IMG/VR virus record: IMGVR_UViG_3300043389_000001
Coordinates: 46,656 to 110,655 of that record
Direction: 5' to 3' (one strand)
DNA length: 64,000 nt
From: a virus
The notes under the pieces were generated by a model. That model was not told the origin of the DNA. It searched no databases and saw nothing but the letters and a program-made list of their open reading frames with translations. This document shows, piece after piece, positions 24,711 through 33,405 of the stretch (positions within the stretch are counted from its first letter, which is position 1; each line of letters opens with the position of its first letter). Position numbers and translations under genes: made by a program.

Positions 24711-24841
24711 CATTGTGCTGAGTGCGTGTAAGACGCCCGTCTGTCCTCTGCGACAACGACACTGTAAATGTCGTGACACCTACTCAAGGCCCCGGGGGAA
24801 GGGTATTCCCCCGGGGCCCATCATCTTTCACGGGGGAACAC

Positions 24842-25684
24842 GTGAGCAACTACCCGATCCTCGACCTGTCCACCAACCCCACGTCGGGGCTGGGCGCGTA
24901 CGAGACCCTGATGCAGGAGATCCGCTACGCCGGCATCGAGAAGGGTGACCGCACCGGCACGGGGACCAGGTCGTCCTTCGGTCGCCAGCTTCGCTACGAC
25001 CTGCGCAAGGGCTTCCCGCTGATCACGACGAAGAAGGTCCACTTCAAGTCCGTCGCGGTAGAGCTGTTGTGGTTTCTGCAGGGAGAAACCACAACTCGTT
25101 TCCTGCACGAGCACGGAGTTTCTATTTGGGATGAGTGGGCGGCCCCGGACACGGGCGAGCTGGGCCCGGTCTACGGCAAGCAGTGGCGCGACTGGGTGGC
25201 CAGCGACGGCAACCACATCGACCAGATGAAGATTCTGGTGCGCACGCTGCGCTCCAACCCCGACAGCCGGCGCATGCTGGTGTCGGCGTGGAACGTGGGC
25301 GACCTGCCGGACATGGCGCTGAGCCCGTGTCACGTGATGTTCCAGTGCTACGTGGCAGATGGCTCACTGTCTTTGCAGGTGTACCAGCGCTCCGCCGACA
25401 TGTTCTTGGGCGTGCCGTTCAACATCGCCAGTTATGCACTCCTGACGCACATGTTGGCCCAGCAGGCGAACCTGCGCGCCGGGGAGCTGGTGTGGACCGG
25501 AGGCGATTGCCACGTGTACGCCAACCACGTCGATCAGGTCGATGAGCAGTTGTCCCGCGAGCTGATCCCGTTCCCCCAGCTCGTTCTGCACCGGGCGCCG
25601 AGCTTGTTCGACTACACCCTCGATCACATTGAACTGGACGGCTATGAGCCGCATCCGGCGATTTCGGCGCCGGTTGCAGTGTGA
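24842..25684 (+). CDS. thyA: Thymidylate synthase
   Basis: [26 protein letters not shown], catalytic [25 protein letters not shown]. Confidence 0.97.
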   Translation: MSNYPILDLSTNPTSGLGAYETLMQEIRYAGIEKGDRTGTGTRSSFGRQLRYDLRKGFPLITTKKVHFKSVAVELLWFLQGETTTRFLHEHGVSIWDEWAAPDTGELGPVYGKQWRDWVASDGNHIDQMKILVRTLRSNPDSRRMLVSAWNVGDLPDMALSPCHVMFQCYVADGSLSLQVYQRSADMFLGVPFNIASYALLTHMLAQQANLRAGELVWTGGDCHVYANHVDQVDEQLSRELIPFPQLVLHRAPSLFDYTLDHIELDGYEPHPAISAPVAV

Positions 25685-25759
25685 GTGCAGCTTGACCGTC
25701 GGTGAGCGCGCGACCACACTACGATGTGGGTCGCGCGCGGCGGTCCGAGTGAGGAACGT

Positions 25760-25969
25760 GTGGTCAGCTTCAAGCACGCTCACCGCGATGAGCCGGTGAG
25801 TGAGTCATGGGATTACGAGATCACCGTGGCCGAGCAGGCCCTGAAGGATCTCCTGCAGCGTAAACAGGATCTGCTGCGCCGGGACCCGCAGGCCGAGACG
25901 GTCCTGTGGCACCGGTACAACATCAGGCTGATGAAGCTGCGCCGCACGATGGAAGCGATTTCTTTCTAG
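25760..25969 (+). CDS. Hypothetical protein
   Basis: GAGG RBS before GTG; start uncertain. Confidence 0.5.
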   Translation: MVSFKHAHRDEPVSESWDYEITVAEQALKDLLQRKQDLLRRDPQAETVLWHRYNIRLMKLRRTMEAISF

Positions 25970-25978
25970 GGGCCAGTC

Positions 25979-26320
25979 ATGGACGTCGACGCGCTGCGGC
26001 AAATTGGCGACGTCTGCTTCTGGCTCATCCTCGGCGCCCGGTTCTTTCAGGTGGTGTACTCGCTCCCCGGGCGTGGCCAGCGCATGAGCGTGGTCGACAT
26101 GCTGCAGCCGGTGGTCTTCGTCGCCTGTTTCTTCTACGCGGTGGTCTGCTTCGCGGAGGGCAAGTACATCAGCGGGGCCGGCTACTCAGCCTTGGCCTTC
26201 TGGGAGTTCTGGACCTGGTGGAACGATGAGGACCGGCGCCGGCGGCGCAAGAAGCTCTTGGACAAGATCAAGCGCCGCGTGGCGCTGGTTGCCGGCCGGA
26301 CCAAGGTGGTGGAAGCGTGA
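25979..26320 (+). CDS. Membrane protein
   Basis: Three hydrophobic helices and basic tail. Confidence 0.7.
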   Translation: MDVDALRQIGDVCFWLILGARFFQVVYSLPGRGQRMSVVDMLQPVVFVACFFYAVVCFAEGKYISGAGYSALAFWEFWTWWNDEDRRRRRKKLLDKIKRRVALVAGRTKVVEA

Positions 26321-26949
26321 GCGAGGATGCTGACGAGCAGATGGGCATCGTCTGCGAACCCGTGAAGTCCCTGCGCCCGCCCATTGCCGGCTCCAAGCCG
26401 CGCAACTGCACGCGATGCAAGGCAGCAATCTGGTTGTCCCCCTCCGGGCAGGCATGGGAGAGCAAAGCCACGGGACCGGTGCAGCTCATCTGCCTGCCGT
26501 GCGCCTACAAGCTGCCCGAGGTCGGCAGCGTCGAGGCGGTACCGGGGCGCCGCCGAGGAACTGGCCGCGAACTTGGGCGGCCCCCCGGAGTACTGGACCA
26601 TGAAGTTCAACGGCGCCATCCGCACCTTCCGGAAGGGATCACCGCCATCAACATCGGGATCGTGATCGTCGTGTCCGGCCTGTACGCGCTGGCGATGGCG
26701 TGGTTCGGCTTTCAGGTGCTGACCGAGCGGCCGATCAGCCGGTGGGTGTCGTGGGTCATTGCCCTGACGCTGTGCTTCAACCTGTACCGCGTCTTCGTCG
26801 ACCACTGGGGCAACCTGCTGCTGGTGGTCATGAACGCCTTCACGCTGTGGCTGGCCCACGTGGCCACGTGGTGGCGCAACACCGGCGCCTCGCCCCACAG
26901 CCTGAAGGACATGTTATGGATGCGAACGCGGGACCCTGAAAAGCCCTGA
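26317..26949 (+). CDS. Zn-finger + membrane protein; probably two genes joined by a frameshift
   Basis: N-term CTRC/CLPC; 26546-26638 has native GC3 bias only in the +1 frame; C-term hydrophobic. Confidence 0.55.
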   Translation: MSEDADEQMGIVCEPVKSLRPPIAGSKPRNCTRCKAAIWLSPSGQAWESKATGPVQLICLPCAYKLPEVGSVEAVPGRRRGTGRELGRPPGVLDHEVQRRHPHLPEGITAINIGIVIVVSGLYALAMAWFGFQVLTERPISRWVSWVIALTLCFNLYRVFVDHWGNLLLVVMNAFTLWLAHVATWWRNTGASPHSLKDMLWMRTRDPEKP

Positions 26950-26979
26950 TCGTTCGCGTCCATAAACCGTTCATAGCTG

Positions 26980-27537
26980 TTAGAGCTTTCCCCACTGCTG
27001 CGCCATCGCATCGGCGATTCCCTGATAGGTCAGTGAGCGCTTTTTCCAGCGGTCGGGGCCGGGTGAGGCGAAGTGCACGACGGGCTTCCTGCCCTCGACG
27101 ATGTTGGTCGGTTCGAGCTTGGGCAGGTTCTTCAGCCACAGACAGGTGGACTTGGTCTCGCCGTGCCCGAACTGCCACGGGTGGATGATCTGGTCGGGCT
27201 TGCGGATGACGGTGGAGATGCGCCCGATGGGGTTCTCCAGCGCGATCCGCTCGACAGGTGCGTTGAGCAGGAGCTGGACGAAGTCGAGGGCTTCGCCCTG
27301 TTCGCGTTCGCGGTCCTTCCACCAGCGGGCGCCGGAGACGGCGAGGTAGGTGCAAGGTGGGTGGGCGATCATCAGGTCCCAGCCGTCCTCGATGATGTCG
27401 CGCACGTCGCCCAGCCAGTGCTTGCCTTCCCACTCCCCTTCGCTGGGCAGCAGGTCGGCGGAGGTGGCGTCGTGGCCGGCACGGGTGAAGGCGTCACGGA
27501 CGCGGCCGGAGAACTCGCAGGCTACTAAGACTCGCAC
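26980..27537 (-). CDS. Minimal phage-type DNA cytosine-C5 methyltransferase-like protein
   Basis: Motif I variant VLVACEFSG, motif IV HPPC, motif VI ALENP, motif VIII-like K.TCLW. Confidence 0.7.
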   Translation of the reverse strand: MRVLVACEFSGRVRDAFTRAGHDATSADLLPSEGEWEGKHWLGDVRDIIEDGWDLMIAHPPCTYLAVSGARWWKDREREQGEALDFVQLLLNAPVERIALENPIGRISTVIRKPDQIIHPWQFGHGETKSTCLWLKNLPKLEPTNIVEGRKPVVHFASPGPDRWKKRSLTYQGIADAMAQQWGKL

Positions 27538-27662
27538 GCCCTGGCGTCGGCGTCCGGCGCCAGTTTTTGCACGTCACGTAGATATGCCGCGACGGACAGT
27601 TGCGCAGGCGGTGGGGTTTGCCCGAGGTTTGGTTCTAGACGGTCTCTCTTTGGCAGGTGCGC

Positions 27663-28754
27663 ATGAACTCGTTGTTCTCTGAATTCGACCCCCCGGCTGC
27701 GGCTGGCTCTCCCGAGCCGTCTGAGCCGCCTGAGGCAGATGACTCCAAGCTGTCGCGCGCGGAGCGGCGCAGGCGGCGCGAGGAGACGGCTCGGGCCTTG
27801 ACCGGGCCGATGACCGATGCGCTGGCGCGGCGGGGACGCGGAGACCGGGATCTCTATGACGGGACCCGGGAGTATCGGGTCGTGCCGATCGGGGACGTCA
27901 TCGAGGATGAGCAGAATCCGCGGACGGTGTTCCGTGAGGTCAAAGAGCTGGCCGAGAACCTCAAGGAGAACGACCTCAACCAGCCCATCCTGTGCTGGGT
28001 CGACCGCAAGGGCAACCTGCACCTGAAGGACGGGGCACGACGGCTGCGGGCAGCCAAGCTGGCCGGCTGGAAGACCATCCCGGCGCTGATCGAGTACACC
28101 GAGGGCAAGAAACTTCGCCAGCAGGTCTCGGCAAACATCCACCACGAGAAGATGAACGTGGTCGATGAGGCGTGGGCGATCAAGCGGATGATGCGCGAGG
28201 AGAAAATCTCCACCGAACAGCAGCTCGCCAAGAGCTTGGGCAAGTCCGTGGGCTGGGTCAACCTGCGCATGCAGATCACCCGGATGACGGAGGAGGAGCA
28301 GGCCGCGATCAAGGCCGGCGATCTGGCGTACACCGAGGCGATCAAGCGCCGCAAGCAAGGCCGGGACATCCTGACCGGCGAGTGGATTCTGGGCTCTGGG
28401 GTCATCGGCGGCACTGCCGGCAGCCCTTCCAGCAGCACACGCTTCCCTCGGGACGTGCAGTCGCGTCAGGCTGGCGGTGCCTCGATACAGCGGACCACTC
28501 CGTTGCGCGCCGACCAGCGGGACATCGACGGGAAGATCGAGAACACCAAGCAGGAGGCGCCCACGCCCCGCGCTCTGTTCGGTCATTTCAATGACGAGCA
28601 CGAGCTGGCGTTCCGGGTCTCGCACCGGTGCGGTAACCATGGTCGGCCTGCACCCCAGATTGGTGGGGTTGGGTGTGGTGCGTGTTGGGAGTACATCATC
28701 CGAACTGATGAGCGTCTTCGGGTGAAGACGGAGAACATTCAGAAAAAGGACTGA
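27663..28754 (+). CDS. ParB/Spo0J-like protein with HTH
   Basis: NPR..F, QPI, DGARRLRAA (GxxRxxA), HTH QLAKSLGKSVGWV; C-terminal CxxH...CxxC. Confidence 0.85.
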   Translation: MNSLFSEFDPPAAAGSPEPSEPPEADDSKLSRAERRRRREETARALTGPMTDALARRGRGDRDLYDGTREYRVVPIGDVIEDEQNPRTVFREVKELAENLKENDLNQPILCWVDRKGNLHLKDGARRLRAAKLAGWKTIPALIEYTEGKKLRQQVSANIHHEKMNVVDEAWAIKRMMREEKISTEQQLAKSLGKSVGWVNLRMQITRMTEEEQAAIKAGDLAYTEAIKRRKQGRDILTGEWILGSGVIGGTAGSPSSSTRFPRDVQSRQAGGASIQRTTPLRADQRDIDGKIENTKQEAPTPRALFGHFNDEHELAFRVSHRCGNHGRPAPQIGGVGCGACWEYIIRTDERLRVKTENIQKKD

Positions 28755-28871
28755 TTTTTGCTGACCCTAATAGCTGGGTCAGAGACGCTGAAGGACGGGT
28801 GACCGAGGTGGGGTTTCACCTCTAGCGTGTGAATCCGGGGGCTGCGCACTCTGCAAGCCTGAAGGAGAAAC

Positions 28872-29204
28872 ATGGTAATCAAGCCCGGCCACGAGCGGTG
28901 TCGGATCTGCATGCGGTGCGGCAGGACGTGGTGCCCGGACTGCGACACCGAGGGCGCCACGTGTGAGTGTCCGCCCGGTGGCCTGCACGGTGACCGGGAC
29001 CCGGTCGATGACCCGCCCCGGCGCAAGCGGCCCCGCCGGCTGAAGCTGCGGCAGCGGGGCGCGGTGCCGGTGGAGTACACGATGCTGGTGGGTTTCGTCG
29101 TGCTGATCGCGGTGGTGCTGATCTCGGTGTACACCACCACCGTGGACCAGATCTTGGCGCCGGGTGATCAGCTCCTGTTCGTCAGCGCCAGCACGTCTCC
29201 CTGA
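28872..29204 (+). CDS. Cys-rich protein carrying an Flp/Tad pilin-like motif
   Basis: RQRG|AVPVEY followed by hydrophobic helix. Confidence 0.6.
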   Translation: MVIKPGHERCRICMRCGRTWCPDCDTEGATCECPPGGLHGDRDPVDDPPRRKRPRRLKLRQRGAVPVEYTMLVGFVVLIAVVLISVYTTTVDQILAPGDQLLFVSASTSP

Positions 29205-29215
29205 GGTGCGTCAGG

Positions 29216-29250
29216 ACGATGGCCCCCGCAGGGGATGCGGGGGCCATCGT
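29216..29250. terminator. Bidirectional hairpin between convergent genes
   Basis: 15-bp perfect stem acgatggcccccgca/tgcgggggccatcgt. Confidence 0.7.
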
Positions 29251-29253
29251 TGT

Positions 29254-29808
29254 TCAGCCAGCCAGTCTGCCGGCCACCCGGTTGCCCCGGGTGTCGCGGT
29301 AGGCGTCCATGTGGGTCCTGCAGAAGCGCCACGGCTGGTCCAAATGCTCTTCCTTGGCGCTGAACCGGCTGACCTGCGTGCAGACCTCGCTCCACAGCGC
29401 ACCGGGGCGACACAGGCGCCGTCCGGCGTCGCACATGGGAATCTCGTAATGGCCTCGGACGGTGAAGAAATCGCGCCTACGGCCGGTGAGCTTGTCGAGG
29501 TTGTCATCCGTGACGGTGGTGCGCATCGCTCGCAGTGCCTGCTTGGTGCTGTGGCGTTCGGTGCGCACACTGCGTCGGTGGCTGTAGGCGTCGCGGCAGT
29601 GAACGCAGCCGCAGCCGGCGCAGCAGTTGCCGTAGATGATCTCGTGGTCGCTCCAGTGGCACTGCGAGCGGTTCCACTGAAAGTTGTTGTGCTGGGACAG
29701 GGCTGATTCTGGCAGGTCGCAGATGCCGTTGCGGTGGTCGTGGTCGGCGCGCGGGTTGTGCTCGTTGACGCGGACCCACCAGGGCTTGGTCTTGTCGGTG
29801 CGGGACAT
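29254..29808 (-). CDS. Cys/His-rich hypothetical protein (MSRTDKTKP family)
   Basis: Many C/H motifs; start re-assigned to ATG 29808. Confidence 0.65.
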   Translation of the reverse strand: MSRTDKTKPWWVRVNEHNPRADHDHRNGICDLPESALSQHNNFQWNRSQCHWSDHEIIYGNCCAGCGCVHCRDAYSHRRSVRTERHSTKQALRAMRTTVTDDNLDKLTGRRRDFFTVRGHYEIPMCDAGRRLCRPGALWSEVCTQVSRFSAKEEHLDQPWRFCRTHMDAYRDTRGNRVAGRLAG

Positions 29809-29865
29809 GGGCGTCACTTTCCGCAGCCCACCTAGTTTCCCCGGTCCTTCCGGGGCGGTGGGCTG

Positions 29866-29883
29866 CTACCTGTGTGTGCTCAT
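29866..29883 (-). promoter_or_regulatory. Candidate 5-codon leader ORF (MSTHR)
   Basis: Perfect GGAGGTGAT SD; stop overlaps base of hairpin 29823-29866. Confidence 0.4.
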
Positions 29884-29927
29884 GGCGATCACCTCCATTG
29901 CATCGTGTGGTGTTTCGATGGGCGGGC

Positions 29928-30206
29928 ATGACTGAACTGGCCCCACCGATTCGGATGCTACACATTTCTGATGCTCAGCGCCGCCGCGCCGCGATGACGG
30001 TGGCGCAGTTGTGTGACTACGACGTCGATCAGGTCCGCGATGCGCTGCTGGCGCTGGGGCTGGCGGCGACCGAGGCCAGTGGGCGGGTCCGGTCGATGCG
30101 TGATGAGGACGGCCAGCACTGGTGGGCCGGCTCGGCACGGCCCGGGACGCGAGATGCGGCGCGGGCTGTTGATACTGGGGTGAAGAGACGAACCCGCCGG
30201 TCGTGA
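29928..30206 (+). CDS. Hypothetical protein
   Basis: Plausible ORF; start uncertain. Confidence 0.5.
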   Translation: MTELAPPIRMLHISDAQRRRAAMTVAQLCDYDVDQVRDALLALGLAATEASGRVRSMRDEDGQHWWAGSARPGTRDAARAVDTGVKRRTRRS

Positions 30207-30281
30207 CTTCGGCCGATGCCATCACGCTGTGTCGTTCACTGATGAGCGGATAGTCTTCTCGCCTGCGACTGGACGAGGGAT

Positions 30282-30554
30282 GTGGTGATGGCGCAAGTGC
30301 CAGCACAGGCTGACGGTGATGGAGGCTTCCGCACGAGACGCCGTCCGCCAATTCAGGTGTCGTTCAACGAAAAAGTCACCAAGGCTCTGCGGGCTGCCAC
30401 CTACGTGCACAACGCGATGGACGATAACCGGTGGAATGCCAACCGCGAGAACCTTTCTGCCGGATGTGGCGCCGACCTGCTGCGAACGATCATCAAACTG
30501 ACTGAGGTCTACGAGGCGCTGCAGGCGCAGCATCCGCGTAGGAAGGACACGTAA
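30282..30554 (+). CDS. Hypothetical protein
   Basis: TAATG overlap with next gene. Confidence 0.55.
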   Translation: MVMAQVPAQADGDGGFRTRRRPPIQVSFNEKVTKALRAATYVHNAMDDNRWNANRENLSAGCGADLLRTIIKLTEVYEALQAQHPRRKDT

Positions 30555-31672
30555 TGGCGCGACGTACCAAGACACCCCGGGGGCACGAAACTCTGACCCG
30601 AACCTCTGGGTCGCGCCGCCCGGTCAAAGTCGGCGTCGGTACTGAGGACTGGATGCAAGCCCTAGACGTCATGGACGGTGCGGAAGAAGCAGCCGTCGTG
30701 GCCGCCGAAGAACTGGACGAGCAGGCACAGCTCGATGCCGCCATCGCCGCCGAACAGGCCGAAGAAGGCGAACCCGCCCAGAAGGTCCCGCCAGCGCGAC
30801 GTTCCCGGGCCAAGGTCGTCTCGGCCACGACGCCTGCACCCGAGCAGCCCGTCCCGGACATCACCACCGAGATGGTCCACGTGGACGCCGAGATGGCCCA
30901 CGAATGGCTGCGCAACCAGAGCGCCAACCGCAGCCTGCGCCCGGCCCGCGTGGCCGAGTTCAAGAGCGACATCCTCAAGCGCAACTGGCGAATGACCGGG
31001 GAGGGTCTGAAGTTCGACCCCGAAGGCAAGCTGCTGGATGGTCAGCATCGCTTGGCCGCCCTGCTGGATGCCAACGATGTCGAACCGGGCATCACGGTGC
31101 TCATGCTGGTGATCCGCAACGTCCCCCGCGATGCGCAGGACGTCATGGACACCAACTCCCGCCGCACCGGCGCCGACCAGTTCAAGATCAAGGGTTACGC
31201 CAACTACGCGGCGCTGGCCGCCGCCACGAAGTGGTCGATCATCTGGGAGCGTCAGGCCCTGTACGGGGAGCGCACCGCCCGCACGGTGACCCACTCCGAC
31301 CAGCTTGAATTCGTGCGGGCCAATCCTCGACTGGAGGAGATCACCGCCCTGGCCGCCCCGAAGTACAAGTTCATCTACATGCCGCTGGGTTTCATCATCA
31401 CGAGCTGGTGGGTGCTGGACCGCATCGACGAAGAGCAGGCCCAGTGGTTCTTCGATCGCCTGGCGGACGGGGTCAATCTGCCCGAACTGCATCCCATCCA
31501 CGCCCTGCGCAACAGCCTGATCACCTTGCGGATGCAGAAGTCCAACATGCCCGGAGACGTGTACCTGTCCATGGTGATGCGCACGTGGAACGCGGTGCGC
31601 GAGGGCAAGACGATGCAGAAGATGCAGATCTACAAGGACGGCCGGCCGATCAAATGCCCCATGCCCATCTAG
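30554..31672 (+). CDS. ParB-like / DGQHR-motif protein
   Basis: NRSL, W..TGE.LKFD..G.LLDGQHRL.A, MDT...RT..D. Confidence 0.8.
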   Translation: MARRTKTPRGHETLTRTSGSRRPVKVGVGTEDWMQALDVMDGAEEAAVVAAEELDEQAQLDAAIAAEQAEEGEPAQKVPPARRSRAKVVSATTPAPEQPVPDITTEMVHVDAEMAHEWLRNQSANRSLRPARVAEFKSDILKRNWRMTGEGLKFDPEGKLLDGQHRLAALLDANDVEPGITVLMLVIRNVPRDAQDVMDTNSRRTGADQFKIKGYANYAALAAATKWSIIWERQALYGERTARTVTHSDQLEFVRANPRLEEITALAAPKYKFIYMPLGFIITSWWVLDRIDEEQAQWFFDRLADGVNLPELHPIHALRNSLITLRMQKSNMPGDVYLSMVMRTWNAVREGKTMQKMQIYKDGRPIKCPMPI

Positions 31673-31690
31673 CCCTGGCCTAGATCGACC

Positions 31691-32089
31691 CTAGGTCGGC
31701 GGCATCCCGGCATTGCGGCGGGCCCGCTCGCGTTCGGCGAGTGCGCGGCGGGCCCGCCATGGCGTGTACAGCGGTAGGCGCCAGTGCGTGGCATCCACGT
31801 ACAGGCCGCCGGCAAAAACGGCCGCTCCGATGGCGCTGGTCACCCGCAGAATCATGGCGTGCCAAGCCCATTCGATGGACTTGGGGTCCAGCTCGGAGAA
31901 CAGCGCGAGCATGGTCACGTCGATCATGAGCAGGCCCAGTGCCACGAAGAACATGCGCGCGCCCACCCGGGCCACCTTGCCGGTGACCTTCGAGCGAGGC
32001 GTGATCAACGCTGCCACACAGAAACAGGCCAGAGCGATAGTCAGGTTCGAAAAGACGTACAGAAAAAGCGTTATCGGGTGATCGAACAC
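31691..32089 (-). CDS. Three-TM membrane protein
   Basis: Hydrophobic helices; part of lysis-associated cluster. Confidence 0.7.
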   Translation of the reverse strand: MFDHPITLFLYVFSNLTIALACFCVAALITPRSKVTGKVARVGARMFFVALGLLMIDVTMLALFSELDPKSIEWAWHAMILRVTSAIGAAVFAGGLYVDATHWRLPLYTPWRARRALAERERARRNAGMPPT

Positions 32090-32130
32090 TGCCCTGTCCT
32101 TGGTTGCGCTGGCCGGGCCACCTGAGGGAC

Positions 32131-32685
32131 CTACTTCTTGTACGTGCTGCAGTCGACCTGACCCTTGGCCAGCTCTTCGGCCGACTGGCGGTGAATCGCC
32201 ATCACCTTCGGGTCGTCCCCGATCTTGGCAAGCTCCAGTTCACGGCGGATGTTCTCGGTGGTGGCCTGATTGCGAGCGATGCAGTTGCTGTAGCGGCTGG
32301 CCTGTTGCTGATCCAGCAGATCGTTGACGTGGTTCAGCAGCGCCGCGTAGACCAGCAGTGAGACCAGCGGCAGCAGCACCGCCAGCGACAGGCCCACGAA
32401 GGTGAAGGTGCGCCGGGTTCGAGCATCGCGCTGCTCGGACTCGATGCGCGCGGCCTCCAGATCCTGCTCGGCCTTCTCCTGCACCTTCTTCTGGCGGGCC
32501 TGCTCAACCTGAAGCGCGTTGACGGCCTGCAGGGTGTGATTGAGGGCCTCGACATTCAGGTTCAGAGTGTCGCTGGCCTCCTTCAGGGCGTCGAAGGATT
32601 CGCGCATCTCCACCTGTCCCATGTGATCGCCCCCGCTGCCGCTGGCGACGTGCGGGGTTTCAGACAGGTTGTCCGACTCGGTCAT
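32131..32685 (-). CDS. Coiled-coil + TM membrane protein (lysis-associated, holin/spanin-like)
   Basis: Coiled coil, single TM, C-terminal Cys pair. Confidence 0.65.
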   Translation of the reverse strand: MTESDNLSETPHVASGSGGDHMGQVEMRESFDALKEASDTLNLNVEALNHTLQAVNALQVEQARQKKVQEKAEQDLEAARIESEQRDARTRRTFTFVGLSLAVLLPLVSLLVYAALLNHVNDLLDQQQASRYSNCIARNQATTENIRRELELAKIGDDPKVMAIHRQSAEELAKGQVDCSTYKK

Positions 32686-32900
32686 TCAGCACTTCCATAC
32701 GTCGGTACGGTGCCGGCGTCGCCTCGCACCTCGGTGTAGTACAGGTCCAGCGCCTTGGACAGGCGTTCGGTCTGGGACTGCAGTTGCGGCAGAACCTCGC
32801 TGGCCACCGCCAGCAGCTCCTCGGTGCGCTTGCGCAACTGGTCGTCGGTCAAGTGCAGGTCCAATTCGCGGTCGTTGTCAGAGAGTTCGTACTCGCTCAT
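32682..32900 (-). CDS. Small hypothetical protein
   Basis: ATGA overlaps on both sides. Confidence 0.6.
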   Translation of the reverse strand: MSEYELSDNDRELDLHLTDDQLRKRTEELLAVASEVLPQLQSQTERLSKALDLYYTEVRGDAGTVPTYGSAE

Positions 32901-33280
32901 GACTGCTTGCCGTCCTGGTGGCCGTCTCGCTCGTCGCCGCGCGAGTAGCGCGCCTTCTGCAATTCTTCGGTGTAGCGGGCGTTGATCTCCGTGGCGCGCG
33001 TCAGCGCCGGGATCATCTGGTCCTGGAAGACCGCCTGCAGCTTTTCCAACTGCTCGCGCGTCTCGTCCAAGCGCTCGGCCAGCTCGGCCTTCTCGCGCTC
33101 TAGGCGTTCCTCGGCCTGCTTCAACGTCCACTCCGGGACGATGAACTTCCGGAACACCAAGCACAGGAAGATCAAGCCCAACAGGCCAAACTGCAAGACC
33201 TGGGTGATGTCCAGTGCGGCCGAGGGCGAGGACGACGAAGGAGCGGCTGTCGCCAACGCGAGCCATGCGTGTATCGCCAC
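32897..33280 (-). CDS. Holin-like membrane protein
   Basis: QFGLLGLIFLCLVF TM followed by charged coiled coil; GAGAGG RBS. Confidence 0.6.
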   Translation of the reverse strand: MAIHAWLALATAAPSSSSPSAALDITQVLQFGLLGLIFLCLVFRKFIVPEWTLKQAEERLEREKAELAERLDETREQLEKLQAVFQDQMIPALTRATEINARYTEELQKARYSRGDERDGHQDGKQS

Positions 33281-33405
33281 TACCTCTCACCACTGCCCGT
33301 CCCATCCCGCCGCCATCTGACTCTCTAGGCATCGACACGCGAAAACGCTCAATCGAGCTGGAAAATGGCTCCATTGCCCAGGGCCGTCTTCCGAGGGTCC
33401 TGGGC

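Noticed and set aside
24842-25684. dCMP/dUMP hydroxymethylase for base modification
   Set aside because: Sequence is a canonical full ThyA with the dUMP-specifying Asn; no glycosyl- or amino-transferase genes nearby.
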